A stretch of DNA of 20,000 nucleotides from an uncultured virus (IMG/VR IMGVR_UViG_3300035660_000549) (IMGVR_UViG_3300035660_000549); one strand, 5' to 3'. Shown: positions 1 to 8,769, counted from the first letter of the stretch. The notes: a model not told the origin generated them from the letters alone. Program-made: numbers and translations.

Positions 1-96
1 AGTACACTTCCAACACCTCCAGGTTCCAGTAGAATCTATATAACCTTCATTAGATCGATGTTTGGGACACTTGAATTCCATCTTCTTTTTCTTCAT
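1..96 (-). CDS. Partial small Zn-finger protein (runs off left edge)
   Basis: Manual translation from ATG at 96: MKKKKMEFKCPKHRSNEGYIDSTGTWRCWKCT..., with CxxH and CxxC. Starts directly after the stop of 97..558. Confidence 0.6.
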   Translation of the reverse strand, partial: MKKKKMEFKCPKHRSNEGYIDSTGTWRCWKCT

Positions 97-558
97 TTAT
101 TTTCCTTCTTTTATTTTAACCATTTTGATCTTTATAATCTCATCATAAGAAGTATTCTTCTTCTTGATATGGGACCAGTATAGAGTTATTAATCCAGCAG
201 AATTTAGATTTCCTAGAGCTCCTATATACTTATGAGGAAGGCTTAGGATAGCCACTGGATATTTTATGTATCTAAGGAAGTTGTATAAAGTCCTTTCAGT
301 TAAAGAAAGACTTTTCTTTTCTTTAGTACTCTCTTCTTTTTCTATATTCTTTCCAGAAAATATAGGATTAAAGAATGGACAGATTGTTATAACACTAGGA
401 TCATGTAGCATTGGGTTAAACATTAGGCCAGTGTCTGGGCAATACCACTCTTGTGAATTATTAATCTTCAGAGGATATGGTTTAGTACAATCCATACAGT
501 TATTAGTTATAAATACTCCCTGCCTATCATTCTTGATTCTCTTATTCTTCTTCTTCAA
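97..558 (-). CDS. Hypothetical protein, Cys-containing N-terminus
   Basis: 153 aa ORF, TTG start overlapping the end of the upstream gene. CMDC, CPD and CPF motifs. Confidence 0.6.
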   Translation of the reverse strand: MKKKNKRIKNDRQGVFITNNCMDCTKPYPLKINNSQEWYCPDTGLMFNPMLHDPSVITICPFFNPIFSGKNIEKEESTKEKKSLSLTERTLYNFLRYIKYPVAILSLPHKYIGALGNLNSAGLITLYWSHIKKKNTSYDEIIKIKMVKIKEGK

Positions 559-1456
559 CTACCCAACCTTCCTCACTATTTAGTTTCTGGAAGAATATAG
601 AAGACATTTTCTGATGGTATGTTTTAGAATCTAGGAAATACTTTAATGAATTCATTCTGGTAGGATCTATATCTAATAGATAGAAAGTAGAATCTTTGAT
701 AAATAGATCTACTACTCCATTCCCTAGCATTATTTTATTAACTAGGAGTTTAGCTATTCCTTCTAGGTCTTTTCTATTGACTTCTAATTCTTTAGATAGT
801 TCTATGATTTCTTTCTTTTCTTCTTTTGAAGGTTCTTCATATTTAATTGTTCTAGTATATTGACTTGTAATTCTAATGGCTTCCTTATATCGTGATCCTT
901 CTGGGCAGTATAGAATAGTCTTATCATACTTATAGAATTTATATAGACTTCCAACTACCTCTCCTAGGAATGTATAAATTTCTATTGTTGGAAACCATGT
1001 TTTATCTAGATCTACTTCTAAAGGAGATAGCAAATGGTTCTTCTGCCATTCTGCTATTTTAGTAGAATCTAGGATTGGAAGTTCTTTATCTGTATCATAA
1101 TCTACTAGATATTTAGTATTAGGAATAGTGGAGGAAAAGAATGGTAAAGTATCTATTTCATTCCCTAGAGTAATAAAAAGAGAAGGCTTGTCTTTTACTA
1201 GTTCTAAAGTAGAAGGATATGAATCTAGAAGATATCCTTTCCCTTTTAGAAACTGTAAGTTTCCAGGATTATATTCTGGTCTAAAAATAATACAGGTCTC
1301 TGGGTAACATGCTATATTTGAAGCAGAGAAGAAAGTATTATGCCACTTTACTGATTGTGCATAGATAGGAACTTTATCCAGATCAGTAAATAGTTTGACC
1401 AGATATTCCCTGTCCTCATCCAGAGTACTATATACTAGCAATACTAAGTCTTTCAA
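542..1456 (-). CDS. Divergent RimK-like ATP-grasp protein (possibly inactive or altered)
   Basis: ATP-grasp-like segments: IIFR; SYPSTLELVKDK (NS...a.DK); IEIYTFLGEVVG (DxRvfvvggevv); LGNGVVDLF...FYLLDIDP (lg..gvDll...yvlEvN.P). AGGAG SD before TTG. Confidence 0.6.
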   Translation of the reverse strand: MKDLVLLVYSTLDEDREYLVKLFTDLDKVPIYAQSVKWHNTFFSASNIACYPETCIIFRPEYNPGNLQFLKGKGYLLDSYPSTLELVKDKPSLFITLGNEIDTLPFFSSTIPNTKYLVDYDTDKELPILDSTKIAEWQKNHLLSPLEVDLDKTWFPTIEIYTFLGEVVGSLYKFYKYDKTILYCPEGSRYKEAIRITSQYTRTIKYEEPSKEEKKEIIELSKELEVNRKDLEGIAKLLVNKIMLGNGVVDLFIKDSTFYLLDIDPTRMNSLKYFLDSKTYHQKMSSIFFQKLNSEEGWVVEEEE

Positions 1457-1461
1457 TACTC

Positions 1462-2613
1462 TTAACTCCTATAGCCCTTCAGACCATCCTGTTCATGACC
1501 TAAAAAATAAACTAGGTCAAAGTCTGGATCTTTGTTGTTCTCACTACAACCATGAGTATTGATACACTTTTCACAGTAGAACTTCTTACACCTAGAACAG
1601 AATATAGAAGTCTTCATGTCTACAACTACTTTACACTCTCTACATATACATTTCTCATTCTTTTCAGTCTTCTCTTCTTCCTTGGTTTCCTTCTCTTCTT
1701 CTTCTTTAGTTGCTTTCGGATTTAGATCCTCATAATGTGTTGTAGTCTTATTCTTATGGTAACATTCTATACAACGATCTTTCTCTAAGTTTCCTATCTT
1801 TACTTTCTCACATGGAAGATGATTAGTACCACAGAAATCACAGGATATAATTCTATTGAAGACCCATCCTCCTTCTTTTACTTTAGCTTCATTCCATTCA
1901 CCATATAGTTCTGCTTTGGTCTCTCCTTTCTCTCTCCATATCTTAACTAAGGAAGAAGATTCCTCTGGAATATACAATGTCATACTAGAATCTTTAAAAT
2001 TGGGAGACTTTAAGAATTCTCTTACTCCATCGAATTCAGAAGCAATAATAAAGCTTCTGTCTATCTTAACTAGAACAAATGAAGATTCAGGTATTCCATA
2101 CAGAGTACCATCTTTGAATAGAATAATCATGTTTCCATCTGATAGTGGGTAGAACTTCTCTATTGCTTTTTCCCTAGGATATTTCTTAAGAAGTTCTTCT
2201 AGAATATGTACAAAGATTTCTGTATCTGCTCCAGATTCTCTATTATGCCCTAAAGAATCTAGGAGTTTTCCTACATATTTATAACTGGTAAAGGTACCGT
2301 TGTGGACTAGTGCAAAGTTTCCATTCTCACTTAGAAATGGATGTGCTTCCTTATCTTCTTCCCTATCTACTATATTAGTACTGGCCGATCTGTTATGCCC
2401 AATAGAAATATCAGAATCTACTTTAGATAGATCTCTGGTTACTTCCATTCTAAACTTAAGGGGAGGAATAGCTTTCTTTAGAACAATTATCTTTCCAGAT
2501 TCTATATAAGCTACTCCAGAAGCATCTGTCCCTCTAGACTGTTGTGCTACTATTATATCTAGTATCTTCAGAGGAGCATTCTTTATTCCATATAGACAAC
2601 ATATTCCACACAT
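1462..2613 (-). CDS. Class II (Ntn) glutamine amidotransferase-like protein with C-terminal Cys/His Zn-finger extension
   Basis: N-terminal MCGI (catalytic Cys after Met removal), RGTDASG, IGHNRSAST, EAHPF, LVHNG, DTE. C-terminus has several CxxC pairs and an acidic/Lys linker. Confidence 0.9.
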   Translation of the reverse strand: MCGICCLYGIKNAPLKILDIIVAQQSRGTDASGVAYIESGKIIVLKKAIPPLKFRMEVTRDLSKVDSDISIGHNRSASTNIVDREEDKEAHPFLSENGNFALVHNGTFTSYKYVGKLLDSLGHNRESGADTEIFVHILEELLKKYPREKAIEKFYPLSDGNMIILFKDGTLYGIPESSFVLVKIDRSFIIASEFDGVREFLKSPNFKDSSMTLYIPEESSSLVKIWREKGETKAELYGEWNEAKVKEGGWVFNRIISCDFCGTNHLPCEKVKIGNLEKDRCIECYHKNKTTTHYEDLNPKATKEEEEKETKEEEKTEKNEKCICRECKVVVDMKTSIFCSRCKKFYCEKCINTHGCSENNKDPDFDLVYFLGHEQDGLKGYRS

Positions 2614-2614
2614 T

Positions 2615-3523
2615 CTAAATACATTCTCCTAAATTTAACCAGTCTTCTTTTGTTTTGTAATCATTGTAAATATACTTGCTTTTTATCTTATCATCTTCAA
2701 AGAACTCTTCCCAAGTTATCCTTCCATTAATAAAATCTAGTTCAAATGATTTCCAGTCAAATAGATTATTACAACGGTTACAATAGGAAAATGAAGGGAA
2801 TGTAAAGTCTGGAGCTTTAAGAGAACCACACTTTATACATTCAGTATTTTTAGAAGCATATTCCTCAAAATGTTTTAGATCAAATAAAACTTCAATATTC
2901 TGACTTCTGTTAGAGTTATCGGATGAAGAAGATGTAATTATACTTGGATCGAAGTTCTTAAGGAATTCTTTTAGAATATCCACATCTAGGGATGACAAAC
3001 ATGCATCACATAGAGGAATATCTCTATATGATTTTTGATTACACCTAGAACATCTATTGTATTTTCTCTCTATATCTATCTCGTGAGAGAATGCTGTTAC
3101 TAGGAAATTAATAAACCTAGTTAGAGTATGTTGATCATACATTATACTAGCATCTGTGTCTATCTCAATAAATATATTAGGATTAGGAAGACATGGAACT
3201 ATATTTAGATCAAATTTCTTAGCTAGTAATCCTAGTTCTCTAGTTAATTGTAAACTTGAAGAAGAGACCCGTATTCCTTTTGCATTTAAATAATCCCAGC
3301 TTTTAAAGAAAGAGATATCTTCAGATACTCCTTCCTGTTTGTAATGAAGTGGTCTTCTAGTGAACTTGCGAAGGAGATATGCTGGAATAAATATGTCTAT
3401 GGATTTAGGAACATTGATGGCTCTAGATCTAATTTTCCCTGGGAGAGATGGGCTCTGTACATATTCTGGAAATACTTTAACAGCTTCTAATACTCCTTCC
3501 TTGATTATTTCTTTGTTTATTAT
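2615..3523 (-). CDS. Hypothetical ~302 aa protein with two C-terminal Zn ribbons; extends the tracked 2615..3142 ORF upstream to a probable ATA start
   Basis: Frame of 2615..3142 stays open to 3523 (INKEIIKEGVLEAVKVFPEY...), filling an otherwise empty 378 bp gap. GGAGGA at 3538-3533. The ATA overlaps the upstream TAA stop. CSRC/CDAC and CIKC/CNRC pairs. Confidence 0.65.
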   Translation of the reverse strand: MINKEIIKEGVLEAVKVFPEYVQSPSLPGKIRSRAINVPKSIDIFIPAYLLRKFTRRPLHYKQEGVSEDISFFKSWDYLNAKGIRVSSSSLQLTRELGLLAKKFDLNIVPCLPNPNIFIEIDTDASIMYDQHTLTRFINFLVTAFSHEIDIERKYNRCSRCNQKSYRDIPLCDACLSSLDVDILKEFLKNFDPSIITSSSSDNSNRSQNIEVLFDLKHFEEYASKNTECIKCGSLKAPDFTFPSFSYCNRCNNLFDWKSFELDFINGRITWEEFFEDDKIKSKYIYNDYKTKEDWLNLGECI

Positions 3524-4866
3524 TGTATAGCATCCTCCAGAAGTTGTAATGCAGATAGAAAATTCTTTGAAGGAATAAGATTGCCAGTAAGTTCATCTTC
3601 TTTAACAACATCAAGCATCAGAAGTTTATTTACAAGTCTAGAAGAGAAGAGAGACTGTAGAGATCCTTTAGCTTTCTGTATGGCTGTAATAATATTATGA
3701 AAATCTTTCATATGTGGATCAACCAATAAATCCATTAGATCAATAAACCTCTCTGTAGAAGGGAGATCTTCTATTTTTAGATTGTCTATAATGTCTTTAA
3801 ATTCTTCTATGGAAATATGATCTTCTAGTTTAGGAAGTATGTCATTACCTGGGTTTGGAAGAGAATTAATTATGGGAACTAGATTATAAGAATCTTTAGT
3901 AAGTTTCTGTACAAAGAACCTATATTCTGATTTGTCTTCAGTTCTATTCCATTGTTCTAGGATCTTATCAGATACAGTATTTCCTTCTGCTACTGTTTCA
4001 TAGAAATCAAAGACCTCTTTCTTCAAAGTAGCAGAAACATCTTCTAAGATTTCTTTTAACCTATCTTTGTTAGAAGTGTAGAAACTCCTCCATAACTCTG
4101 TTATTGGAACATATACTTTCTTAGTCTTAATGCCAGAATATGTGATAGAAGAAGGAAGATATATAGGAATTACTGATCTACTTCCATACATTACTACTCT
4201 TTCATATATTTCTTCATTATTGAATACTGGTAAAGATTGATTATCACTATCTTCTAGGAGTAACCTAATAACTCCAGCTATTCCTATTATCTGGAAGAGA
4301 GGACTTGAAGAAGGAATTCTACATTCTAGAGTATCTCCGTTCTCTCCCTTAGCTAGAGCCATCCAGTGATCTCCATTTGAATCTCCAAATTCAGTAAACC
4401 TAGACCATGAAGAGAATGCTAATCTAACATCTGAAGCTCTGTATACTCCTCCAAATATAGGAGAGTTAGCAGATAGAAGAGCTATTAGAGGTTGAGCATT
4501 GAACAAGATCTTACTCATCTCTACCCATGATTCTGGAGACATTCCTTTTAGAGAAGTATGGATATGACCAGAACAGAAGTCATCATAGTATGGATAGTTT
4601 CCTAGTAAAGAATATATCCATTTCTCTTCTTCACATATCCCTAGACACTTTTGAATTACATATGCCAGGTGATCAGCTAATTCTCCCAGTGTTGGATATG
4701 GATCACTAGGAAACTCTGGTTTATTATCATCAAAATAGAAGCGACTGAATATATTTCTAAATTCTCCTTCTGCTAATTGATGATCTCCTTCATATCTTAT
4801 GAATGGAGACTTCTCTATAGGAATTATATTTCCTTCTAGTTCCACACCTTGCTTATTTACCTTGAT
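3520..4866 (-). CDS. Carboxylate-amine ligase, glutamate-cysteine ligase family 2 (GCS2/YbdK-like, glutamine synthetase fold)
   Basis: GVELEG (GxExE), SGHIHTS (GxHxH), LIALLSANSP, SDVR, TLECRIP (TxExR). Start extended from GTG 4845 to ATC 4866, which follows GGAGGA by 7 nt and restores the Gly of GxExE. Confidence 0.8.
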   Translation of the reverse strand: MKVNKQGVELEGNIIPIEKSPFIRYEGDHQLAEGEFRNIFSRFYFDDNKPEFPSDPYPTLGELADHLAYVIQKCLGICEEEKWIYSLLGNYPYYDDFCSGHIHTSLKGMSPESWVEMSKILFNAQPLIALLSANSPIFGGVYRASDVRLAFSSWSRFTEFGDSNGDHWMALAKGENGDTLECRIPSSSPLFQIIGIAGVIRLLLEDSDNQSLPVFNNEEIYERVVMYGSRSVIPIYLPSSITYSGIKTKKVYVPITELWRSFYTSNKDRLKEILEDVSATLKKEVFDFYETVAEGNTVSDKILEQWNRTEDKSEYRFFVQKLTKDSYNLVPIINSLPNPGNDILPKLEDHISIEEFKDIIDNLKIEDLPSTERFIDLMDLLVDPHMKDFHNIITAIQKAKGSLQSLFSSRLVNKLLMLDVVKEDELTGNLIPSKNFLSALQLLEDAIQ

Positions 4867-4878
4867 ACTTTATTCCTC

Positions 4879-5100
4879 CTATAAGGACTTAATACTATTC
4901 TTTTTTGATCCCCTGGAATATGGGGAGAGGATCAGAATTACATCTTTACCTTCTAGACCTTTTAATAATCTGATAGTGGTCTTTAGAGTACTTTCTTTAT
5001 CTTTAGTGAACAGAATACAGCCTTCTCTATCTGTGGTCATTGTTATTCCAGTAATCTTACAATATATTTCTACTGGTCTTTCTTCAGACAAACTATTCAT
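4879..5100 (-). CDS. Hypothetical 73 aa protein within the ligase cassette
   Basis: ATG overlaps the end of the ATP-grasp gene; tightly packed before the GCS2 gene. Confidence 0.6.
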   Translation of the reverse strand: MNSLSEERPVEIYCKITGITMTTDREGCILFTKDKESTLKTTIRLLKGLEGKDVILILSPYSRGSKKNSIKSL

Positions 5101-5962
5101 CTCTTCTAATTATACATCTAATTCTAATTGGTAAATTAATCTTGTTTATTCCTTCATTTGATCTCAACCAGGGATAGTCTTCTATCTTAGGTTGATCACC
5201 TAGGATTCCTTCTTTGAATAAGAAATCTTTGATAATAAAGGAATATAACTGTCTTCCAAATTTGTTCAAACGTACTGCTGAGTTCGCTTCTAGAATATAT
5301 GGTACACCTTCTTCAGATACTATTACGTCTATTCCTCCAAAGTTTATTCCTAGAACTTTAGAAGCTTTGATACATTCTTCAATTATTTTCTCTTCTAGAG
5401 GATAATCATGTTCATATATATCTGATAGAATGTATCCATGATCCACATTTCTAATCCAGTATTCTCCTCTAGTTGGTACTTTCTTCTGTATTCTAATAAC
5501 TTCATTGTTGAATAAATGAACTCTATATTCTCTAGTAGAATAGATATACTCTACAAAATAGTCTCCATCCACTCCATTTAGCTGGAGTCTATCATCCACT
5601 CTAATAATGTCTCTTCCCCTACTATGAAATCTTAGTCTGCTCAACACTGGAAATTTATGAGAAGGAATAGTTTCTTTCCTAGTGTAAACTATAGGAGTTC
5701 TAATTCCATTCTCTAAAAGAAACCTAGAACATCTTAGCTTGTCTTTAACTAGGTTTACTACTTTAGAGTTGTTTAATACTATTTTAAATCTCCATTCTCT
5801 TCTAGGACTGGAAGATACTCCATATCTAATCAGACAGTCTCCATTCTCTATCCCAGATAGAGTATTGATAGGGGTAAACCCGGAATATTCAGCTAGTTTT
5901 CTTCCTGTAGGCTTAGAGTAAAGACTAGACTCCATAAATGTTAAGAGATAGATATTTGCCAT
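5093..5962 (-). CDS. RimK/YheCD-like ATP-grasp peptide ligase
   Basis: LIRYG, VLNNS...VKDKL, GIRTP, FPVL, HSRGRDI, YFVEYI, EYRVHLF, WIRN, LGINFGGIDVI, PYILEANSA (intact ExN). Confidence 0.9.
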   Translation of the reverse strand: MANIYLLTFMESSLYSKPTGRKLAEYSGFTPINTLSGIENGDCLIRYGVSSSPRREWRFKIVLNNSKVVNLVKDKLRCSRFLLENGIRTPIVYTRKETIPSHKFPVLSRLRFHSRGRDIIRVDDRLQLNGVDGDYFVEYIYSTREYRVHLFNNEVIRIQKKVPTRGEYWIRNVDHGYILSDIYEHDYPLEEKIIEECIKASKVLGINFGGIDVIVSEEGVPYILEANSAVRLNKFGRQLYSFIIKDFLFKEGILGDQPKIEDYPWLRSNEGINKINLPIRIRCIIRRDE

Positions 5963-6241
5963 TTAGATCTTCCTTTTCTTTATAGAGACCTCTTTCTTAG
6001 TAACAATATCCTCTTGATATGCACAATAATTAGAGAGATAGGAATAACTATCAACTCTTTTCTCTAAGTCTTCTATTTCAGCAGAAGCATTGAATATTCT
6101 ATCTAGGAATAGTGGAAATATTTGTGATAGATCTTTCATAGATTCATTTAAAATCTCTACACATACTTCAGGATCATCTTCTAAGATGTCTTGCAAATCA
6201 TCTAGAAATGTTTCAATTAGTAACTTTATTTTCTCATGCAT
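5963..6241 (-). CDS. Hypothetical acidic helical protein
   Basis: 92 aa ORF, GGAG SD, abuts the ATP-grasp start. Confidence 0.65.
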   Translation of the reverse strand: MHEKIKLLIETFLDDLQDILEDDPEVCVEILNESMKDLSQIFPLFLDRIFNASAEIEDLEKRVDSYSYLSNYCAYQEDIVTKKEVSIKKRKI

Positions 6242-6243
6242 AG

Positions 6244-6654
6244 TTATTCTTCCTTCTTTCCATTCTTCTTTCCTTCCTTAGGATATATGTACCACTTGTC
6301 TTCTATAGAATTCAATCTTAGAACTATACACTCTCCAAACCTTCCAGAGAATTTAATATTCCCATTGAACCCCATCGAAAGGAGAGAGTCTATAAATATC
6401 TCTATACTAGAAGGATTCAACCGCATTATTTCAGATTCAAATAGGAGAATAGAAGGGTCTCTATCTGGTCCTGTAAAAGAATATACTTTCCCTTTGAATG
6501 CCTCCAGTCTTCCTTTTATTTTCTTTTTACAAGCAGGACATCTTTGTTCCTGGATCTCCATATATTTCTTCTCTTTATCTGATTTGATATTTAGAATTGC
6601 CTGGGTTCTCTTACCACAGTAACCACAATCAAATATTTGAAGGTACAATACCAT
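6244..6654 (-). CDS. Hypothetical protein with N-terminal Zn ribbon
   Basis: CGYC...CPAC; GAGG SD. Confidence 0.7.
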   Translation of the reverse strand: MVLYLQIFDCGYCGKRTQAILNIKSDKEKKYMEIQEQRCPACKKKIKGRLEAFKGKVYSFTGPDRDPSILLFESEIMRLNPSSIEIFIDSLLSMGFNGNIKFSGRFGECIVLRLNSIEDKWYIYPKEGKKNGKKEE

Positions 6655-6666
6655 TCTATATTCCTC

Positions 6667-6864
6667 TTATTCACTTAGTCTACATTTTAGAGCTTCTTCT
6701 ATATATGGTTTAGAAATATGAACTTCTTTCTCTTTTATAACTTCTTCAGTTTCCTTAACTTCTTCTTCAATACCAAAGATTTCAAATATTTGTTTATTCT
6801 TCAAAATATTCCCTCTTAGATCTTTCTTCATATTATGAAGGATCTTGAAAGGATGTAAATTCAA
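6667..6864 (-). CDS. Hypothetical 65 aa protein
   Basis: ORF track; fits operon packing. Confidence 0.5.
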   Translation of the reverse strand: MNLHPFKILHNMKKDLRGNILKNKQIFEIFGIEEEVKETEEVIKEKEVHISKPYIEEALKCRLSE

Positions 6865-6867
6865 TTA

Positions 6868-7089
6868 CTAGATCTTAGGAAGTTTATCCTTTATCTTTAC
6901 TATAGTCTGGTTAGGAATAGGAGTGTTACAGTAAGGACATAGAATAATAAATTCTTCTCTAATATCTCTCCTAGGGTTCTCTACAAAATATGTTCCATCT
7001 CGTCTAAGAGTGTATGTACCAATACTATGGTACTCCTCTCTTACCTTATCTAGAGACTTCTTACAGTTTGGACAGATCACTTCTGACAT
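6868..7089 (-). CDS. Small Zn-ribbon protein
   Basis: CPNC...CPYC; archaeal-type AGGTGA SD. Confidence 0.75.
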   Translation of the reverse strand: MSEVICPNCKKSLDKVREEYHSIGTYTLRRDGTYFVENPRRDIREEFIILCPYCNTPIPNQTIVKIKDKLPKI

Positions 7090-7098
7090 ATTATCACC

Positions 7099-7446
7099 TT
7101 AAAGATTCCTATTTGATATGATGATCTTTTTCTTAATCTTATATATCTTTTTACATTTAGGGCATTTAACTAGAAACTGTAAAACTTCTTTTACAAGTTT
7201 AGAAGAAGATATCAATCTATGTGGATTCTCATAGACCTTGTAGATTAAAGGAGAGAAGGTATGTTCACAACTAGGGCATATATTAGAAGATATAGTTGGA
7301 ATATTTCTTCTTCCTTTATCTAAACGATAATCAAATAGTATGCCTATGTCTTCTACTCCTAGTCTGTGTAAATGGAGATGAATGACCTTTAGCTTCTTGG
7401 GTACAAATTCATTACAGACTAGACATCTTTCCTTATACTTAGCCAA
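7099..7446 (-). CDS. Double Zn-finger protein (C2H2-like plus Zn ribbon)
   Basis: CLVC-x12-HLHLH, then CPSC...CPKC; GGAG SD before TTG. Confidence 0.7.
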   Translation of the reverse strand: MAKYKERCLVCNEFVPKKLKVIHLHLHRLGVEDIGILFDYRLDKGRRNIPTISSNICPSCEHTFSPLIYKVYENPHRLISSSKLVKEVLQFLVKCPKCKKIYKIKKKIIISNRNL

Positions 7447-7457
7447 ATACTTCTCTC

Positions 7458-7814
7458 CTACTGGTGTTCACACCTATCACATGGATTACAATCTTCCCCA
7501 CAAGTATCAGTTGCATCTGGGCAATTCTCACATATTACTTCATGTGGAGAACAACCTTCACATGGGTCTGTATCTTCATCTACTCTTTCTTCTTCGAAGC
7601 GATCTCTTATCAAATGGTTATCTAGGAGAAACCCCATTATACTATTTCTCTTGTCTAGGAGTTTCTTATATTTGATTAGAAAGTCTATCAGTTTGATATA
7701 TACCAAATTACTATCATTTGGTATTTCTTCTTTGTTGGTCTCGTCTACTCTTATTACTTTAAGAGATTCAATATTGACCAGAATATATGGATTAAATAAT
7801 TCTAGTTTGGCCAT
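7458..7814 (-). CDS. Hypothetical protein with Cys/acidic-rich C-terminus
   Basis: More likely start is ATG 7814 (MAKLELFNPY), because 7817..7939 encodes a separate small ORF. Tail CEGC..CENC..C...C..CDRC. Confidence 0.65.
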   Translation of the reverse strand: MAKLELFNPYILVNIESLKVIRVDETNKEEIPNDSNLVYIKLIDFLIKYKKLLDKRNSIMGFLLDNHLIRDRFEEERVDEDTDPCEGCSPHEVICENCPDATDTCGEDCNPCDRCEHQ

Positions 7815-7816
7815 AA

Positions 7817-7939
7817 TTATCTTCTCTTCCACCCTGAACAATTCAATTCTGGATTCATTATACACAAGTTAGTAAGAACACAAGTTAGATCTTCATTAAA
7901 TCTACAATTATAACACGTTCTTTCTTTTATTGTCTTCAT
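7817..7939 (-). CDS. 40 aa Cys-rich microprotein (not in ORF track)
   Basis: Manual translation MKTIKERTCYNCRFNEDLTCVLTNLCIMNPELNCSGWKRR*. TGATG overlap with the upstream stop. Confidence 0.6.
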   Translation of the reverse strand: MKTIKERTCYNCRFNEDLTCVLTNLCIMNPELNCSGWKRR

Positions 7940-8157
7940 CAACAACTTCCATGTATTATACAATAATCTAAATTAAGATAATTATTTTTAGTCTCTAGGA
8001 ATGTAGAGATCTCTATTACAGACCCTTCCTCACTTACCGCAACATTACTATAGAAAAGTAATCCTAGATGATCTTCTTTTATTTCTCTAAGTTTCCTTTC
8101 TAGGATGTAATAGGTGTACTCACACCATGCTCTTCTTAGAGTTATATTATCTTTCAT
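7939..8157 (-). CDS. Hypothetical 72 aa protein
   Basis: ORF track; GAGG SD. Confidence 0.65.
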   Translation of the reverse strand: MKDNITLRRAWCEYTYYILERKLREIKEDHLGLLFYSNVAVSEEGSVIEISTFLETKNNYLNLDYCIIHGSC

Positions 8158-8168
8158 ATTTCTTCCTC

Positions 8169-8357
8169 CTAGAACGAATATCGAACTAGGAATGTCCCAC
8201 AGTTATTACAAATCGGTACTTTTCTTGTCTCTAGAATAATTATACTTCCACCTTTGCCTTTCTTGGTTCTTAGAGGGACCTCTTTAGTTGGAATTAGATC
8301 ATCATATTTGATCTTACACTTAGGACATATATAGTAGATATTCTTTTCTTTCTTCAT
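8169..8357 (-). CDS. Small Zn-ribbon protein
   Basis: CPKC...CNNC; AAGGA SD. Confidence 0.7.
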   Translation of the reverse strand: MKKEKNIYYICPKCKIKYDDLIPTKEVPLRTKKGKGGSIIILETRKVPICNNCGTFLVRYSF

Positions 8358-8514
8358 ATTTATTCCTTCTATTAATAATTAATAAATAATTAGGATAATA
8401 GAAAAAAGAGGAGAATAGAGAATACCCTAGCAATCTTTTAGTTTCTGGTAGATTTCTCTAGCCTTTTCTTTAAGATATTTAGAATCGTCTGCTAAACCGA
8501 AACCAAAAGGTACT

Positions 8515-8757
8515 TCAATGGAAGACACTACCATCTTTTAGGAAGACATAACCAGAATATACACCAATTTGTACCACATTTTTTGTCTTGTTTGCTTCTG
8601 TGAGATCTTCGGAGAGACTTTTAATATGTTTAGCTAAAGTTGCTATATCCGATGTAGTAGAAGTGTAAATAGTATATCCACTTTCTAGAGAAATCTTCAA
8701 ACAGTTAGGCTGGGTACATCCATGTTCTTCGATTGTTGCTTTAAATTGCTTAGGCAT
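8515..8757 (-). CDS. Hypothetical 80 aa protein
   Basis: GGGAGG SD; ORF track. Confidence 0.7.
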   Translation of the reverse strand: MPKQFKATIEEHGCTQPNCLKISLESGYTIYTSTTSDIATLAKHIKSLSEDLTEANKTKNVVQIGVYSGYVFLKDGSVFH

Positions 8758-8769
8758 AGTTATTCCTCC

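Noticed and set aside
542..6270. C-terminal Glu tails (VVEEEE, KKEE) as RimK glutamylation acceptor sites
   Set aside because: They are equally explained by overlap with purine-rich SD sequences or Lys-rich starts of downstream genes.
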